NCBI GenBank assembly: GCA_040902295.1
Contig: JBBDXO010000294.1
Span: 3,232-43,096 of the forward strand
From: Candidatus Rokuibacteriota bacterium
GTDB taxonomy: Bacteria > Methylomirabilota > Methylomirabilia > Rokubacteriales > CSP1-6
DNA: 39,865 nucleotides
Direction: 5' to 3'
The position numbers and the translations under genes are program-made. Positions 36,723 through 39,865 of this stretch are shown in pieces. Each line of letters opens with the position of its first letter. Within the stretch, counting starts at the first letter, position 1. The notes under the pieces are model-generated. The model made no database searches and was not told where the DNA came from. It saw only the letters and a list, made by a program, of their open reading frames with translations.

Positions 36723-38252
36723 ATGATTCCGTTTCCTGTTCTCTCGATCATCACGTGGATGCCGCTGGTGGGGGCGGTGCTGATCATGTTCACGGCCCGG
36801 CACCACCCGCTTGCGGTACGGCTCATCGCGCTCGTCACCACGGCGGTGTCGGCGGTGCTGTCGGTGTTCATCTTCGTCGCCTACGACCGCGAGGCGGCGG
36901 GCTTCCAGTTCTACGAGAAGGTGCCGGTGGTGCCGCCGCTCGGGATCTCGTACGAGGTGGGCGTGGATGGCATCAGCCTGCTCATGGTGCTGCTGACGTC
37001 GATCATCATCATCGCCGGGGTCTTCGCCTCGTGGACGGTGGCCACGCGCAGCCAGGAGTTCTACGCGCTGCTGCTCGCCCTCGTCACCGGCGTGTACGGC
37101 GTGTTCGTGTCCCTCGACCTCTTCGTCCTCTTCCTCTTCTACGAGCTGGCCGTGCTGCCGATGTACCTGCTCATCGGCATCTGGGGCTCCAGCGGCGAGG
37201 TGCGGCCGCGCGGCATCTTCGCGTGGTCGTTCCGCGAGACGGGCGTGGGCACCAAGGAATACGCGGCGATGAAGCTGACCCTGTACCTGCTCTTCGGGTC
37301 CGCCTTCATCCTCGTCGGCATCTTCGCCCTCTACGTCACCAGCGGCACGGCGTCATTTTCGTTCCTCGATCTGGAGGCGGTCACCTTCGACCCCACGCTG
37401 CAGCGCTGGGCGTTCCTGGCCTTCTACATCGGCTTCGGCATTCTCGCCGGCATCTGGCCGCTGCACACGTGGTCGCCGGACGGGCACGCTTCCGCGCCCA
37501 CCGCCGTCTCCATGCTGCACGCGGGCGTGCTCATGAAGCTCGGCGCCTACGGCGTGGTACGGGTGGGCATGGGCCTGCTGCCCGAGGGGGCGGCGGAGCT
37601 GGCGTGGCTCGTGGGCGGCATCGCCTGCATCAACATCGTGTACGGCGCCCTGTCGGCGATGGCGCAGGTGGACCTCAAGTACGTCATCGCGTACTCCTCC
37701 GTGTCGCACATGGGCCTCGTGATGCTGGGCGCGGCCACCCTCACCGAGGCCGGGCTCAACGGCTCCGTCTTCCAGATGTTCGCCCACGGCGTCATGACCG
37801 GGCTCTTCTTCGCGCTGGTGGGGCTCGTGTACGAGAAGACGCACTCGCGGGAGATCTTCAAGATGGGCGGCTTCGGCCGCGTCATGCCGGGCATCGCCAC
37901 CGCCTTCACCATCGGCGGCCTGTCGTCGCTCGGCCTGCCCGCCACCTCCGGCTTCGTGGCCGAGGTGCTGACGTTCATGGGCGCGTGGCGCTCCGCCCAT
38001 CCGTGGTGGCTCGTGCCCGCGGTGGCCGGTACCTTCCTCACCGCCGTCTACGTCCTGCGCGTCACCAAGCAGATCTTCTGGGGGCCGCCCTCGCCGCACT
38101 TTCCGCACCTCGACGATGCGCACGGCCCGGAGTGGGTGGCCATCGTGCTCCTCGTGGCCGTGATCATCGCCTTCGGCATGGCGCCCGGCTTCGCCCTCGT
38201 GCCGGTCGACACCGCCACCGTGCCGCTGCTCTCGCGGTTCCCGGCGCCGTGA
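36723..38252 (+). CDS. nuoM: NADH-quinone oxidoreductase subunit M
   Basis: FYELAVLPMYLLIGIWG, PLHTWSPDGH.SAPT, MKLGAYG, IAYSSVSHMG; ATG 36723 after GGAG. Confidence 0.95.
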   Translation: MIPFPVLSIITWMPLVGAVLIMFTARHHPLAVRLIALVTTAVSAVLSVFIFVAYDREAAGFQFYEKVPVVPPLGISYEVGVDGISLLMVLLTSIIIIAGVFASWTVATRSQEFYALLLALVTGVYGVFVSLDLFVLFLFYELAVLPMYLLIGIWGSSGEVRPRGIFAWSFRETGVGTKEYAAMKLTLYLLFGSAFILVGIFALYVTSGTASFSFLDLEAVTFDPTLQRWAFLAFYIGFGILAGIWPLHTWSPDGHASAPTAVSMLHAGVLMKLGAYGVVRVGMGLLPEGAAELAWLVGGIACINIVYGALSAMAQVDLKYVIAYSSVSHMGLVMLGAATLTEAGLNGSVFQMFAHGVMTGLFFALVGLVYEKTHSREIFKMGGFGRVMPGIATAFTIGGLSSLGLPATSGFVAEVLTFMGAWRSAHPWWLVPAVAGTFLTAVYVLRVTKQIFWGPPSPHFPHLDDAHGPEWVAIVLLVAVIIAFGMAPGFALVPVDTATVPLLSRFPAP

Positions 38253-39664
38253 TGGCGCTCGCGCCCTTCGTCCTCGAGATCGGCCTCGGCGCCCTCATGC
38301 TCGCCGTCTTCGTCGCCAACCTCGTCATGCGCGGCGAGGACCGCCGCGCGCTGGCGTGGCTGTCCACGGCGGGCGTGCTGGTGCTCACCGCCGTCGCGTT
38401 CCTGCTGGCTCCCACCGCGCCCGCGATGGGGGGCATGTTCGTGCAGGACGGGCTCGCGATCTTCGCCAAGCGGCTCTTCCTCGTCGCCACCTTCATCGGG
38501 CTACTGGCGGGCCTGTCGCTGCCCGAGCGCGCCTTCGCCCGCCGCGCGGCGGAGTACCACCTGCTCATCCTCGCCTCGCTGCTCGGCATGCTCGTGCTCG
38601 CCTCCGCCCGGGACCTCATCCTGCTCTTCCTTGCCTTCGAGCTGATGTCCATCCCGCTCTACCTGCTCGCGGGATTCCTCAAGCGGCAGGCGAAGGCGGT
38701 GGAGGCGTCGCTGAAGTTCTTCCTGGTCGGATCCGTCTCCTCCGCGGTCATGGTCTACGGGCTGTCATTCATGTATGGCGCCACCGGCAGCACCGACCTC
38801 GCCGTCATCGCCCGCGCGGGGCTGGGCGATCCCATGCTGAGCCTCGGCCTGGTGGCGGCCTTTGCCGGGTTCGCGTTCAAGATCGCCGCCTTTCCGTTCC
38901 ACATGTGGGTGCCGGATACGTACGAGGCGGCGTCCACGCCGTTCGTGGCGTGGCTGAGCGTGGCGCCCAAAGCGGCGGGGTTCGTGGCGCTCTTCCGCGT
39001 CTACTTCGAGGGGGCGGGCGGCCACGCGGGAGCGTGGATCCCCATCGCGGCCGGCTTCGCCGTCGTCACCATGCTCGCGGGCAACCTCATGGCCCTGCCG
39101 CAGCAGAACACCAAGCGGCTGCTGGCGTACTCCGGCATCGCGCAGATCGGCTACATGCTGGTGGGCTTCGCCGCCGCCTCCGCCTCCGGCACCGCGATGG
39201 TGCTCTTCTACCTGGTCGCTTACGTCTTCGGCAACATGGGCGCCTTCCTCGTCGTGGAAGCCGTGGCCCGCTCGGAAGGCTCGGAGAGCACCGCCGCCTT
39301 CCGGGGCCTCGCGCAGCGCTCGCCCCTGCTCGCGCTCGCCATGCTGCTCTTCCTGCTCTCGCTCGGCGGCATCCCGTTCGTCGCCGGCTTCTGGGCCAAG
39401 CTCTACGTCTTCTGGGCGGCCGCCGAGCGCGGCCTGTACTGGCTCGTCCTCGTGGGCGCCATCCTCACCGTCGTCGCGCTCTTCTACTACCTCCTCATCG
39501 CCAAGCGCATGTACATCGAGCCCCCGGCTCGCCCGGATCCCGTCGTGGTGGCGCCGGCGCTGGCGTGGGCGGTGCTGATCTGCGCGGTGGGCGTGGTGGC
39601 GCTCGGCCTGTACCCGAAGGCCGTGGTCATGGCGGCCCTGCTCGTCGCCGCACCCCTGTTCTGA
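38252..39664 (+). CDS. nuoN: NADH-quinone oxidoreductase subunit N
   Basis: ELMSIPLY, EASLKFF, FKIAAFPFHMWVPDTYE, KRLLAYSGIAQ.GY. Confidence 0.95.
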   Translation: MALAPFVLEIGLGALMLAVFVANLVMRGEDRRALAWLSTAGVLVLTAVAFLLAPTAPAMGGMFVQDGLAIFAKRLFLVATFIGLLAGLSLPERAFARRAAEYHLLILASLLGMLVLASARDLILLFLAFELMSIPLYLLAGFLKRQAKAVEASLKFFLVGSVSSAVMVYGLSFMYGATGSTDLAVIARAGLGDPMLSLGLVAAFAGFAFKIAAFPFHMWVPDTYEAASTPFVAWLSVAPKAAGFVALFRVYFEGAGGHAGAWIPIAAGFAVVTMLAGNLMALPQQNTKRLLAYSGIAQIGYMLVGFAAASASGTAMVLFYLVAYVFGNMGAFLVVEAVARSEGSESTAAFRGLAQRSPLLALAMLLFLLSLGGIPFVAGFWAKLYVFWAAAERGLYWLVLVGAILTVVALFYYLLIAKRMYIEPPARPDPVVVAPALAWAVLICAVGVVALGLYPKAVVMAALLVAAPLF

Positions 39665-39680
39665 CGCAACGGCGCACGGC

Positions 39681-39865
39681 TCAGAGGAGTGCGATGAACT
39701 CGCTGACCTCGATTCCGGCCTGTCTCAGGATCGCCCGGAGTGTGCCTCTGTCGAGTTCCTTGTGGTCAGGAACCACGATTTGGGTGAAGGGTTGATCGCG
39801 GCGGAGGATCATGTGGCTTCCCTCCCGCCGTTTCTGATAGAAGCCCACCCGTCCGAGAGCCGTGG
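39681..39865 (-). CDS. hicA: HicA family toxin (type II TA), 5' end outside the window
   Basis: Hand translation: ...ALGRVGFYQKRREGSHMILRRDQPFTQIVVPDHKELDRGTLRAILRQAGIEVSEFIALL*; GSH, VP.H and GTL..IL motifs. Confidence 0.9.
   Translation of the reverse strand, partial: TALGRVGFYQKRREGSHMILRRDQPFTQIVVPDHKELDRGTLRAILRQAGIEVSEFIALL

Noticed and set aside
2587-39664. Many long overlapping or antisense ORFs and N-terminal extensions (e.g. 9764..11929-, 30250..32304-, 34644..36806-, and the 5' parts of 2587..4971, 4083..7013 and 36755..39664)
   Set aside because: These are shadow frames typical of high-GC DNA: Arg/Ala/Pro-rich, without motifs, and overlapping well-supported genes.
1-39865. CRISPR array, rRNA or IS transposase
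   Set aside because: No regularly spaced direct repeats, rRNA-like sequence or transposase motifs seen.

Overview
Very GC-rich bacterial chromosomal segment. Gene content and style suggest Ca. Rokubacteria/Methylomirabilota, which is an inference only. In order, it holds: two hypothetical genes; a MoxR-DUF58-transglutaminase operon; GIY-YIG and AlkZ-like DNA-repair genes; a MerB-like organomercurial lyase; a putative sigma54 stress operon (DUF6335, 2x SRPBCC, Zn-ADH, metallophosphoesterase, nucleotidyltransferase); RidA; a stand-alone LigD polymerase domain; a tiny zinc-finger gene; a liv-type ABC operon interrupted by a GT-C glycosyltransferase and a methyltransferase; a lipoprotein adenosine deaminase; a GT2; tRNA-Ala(GGC) and tRNA-Leu(CAA); a LAGLIDADG endonuclease; a REC-PilZ regulator; an 11-subunit complex I-like operon (nuoABC-NIPSNAP-DHIJKLMN, no nuoEFG); and a partial hicA. 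Four highlights are missed by the ORF track. (1) The MerB-like gene appears to be a selenoprotein: an in-frame TGA falls at the catalytic Cys159-equivalent position, is followed by a SECIS-like hairpin with a GGUC loop, and MerB-like sequence continues past it. (2) A free-standing HTH-LAGLIDADG gene reads through and stops inside an intact tRNA-Leu(CAA). (3) A palindromic element between nuoL and nuoM carries a 47-codon uORF coupled to nuoM and an anti-RBS hairpin. (4) A possible CCC-UGA +1 frameshift may fuse the zinc finger to a gene that lacks a nearby start codon. All family assignments come from motif recognition by eye, not database searches.
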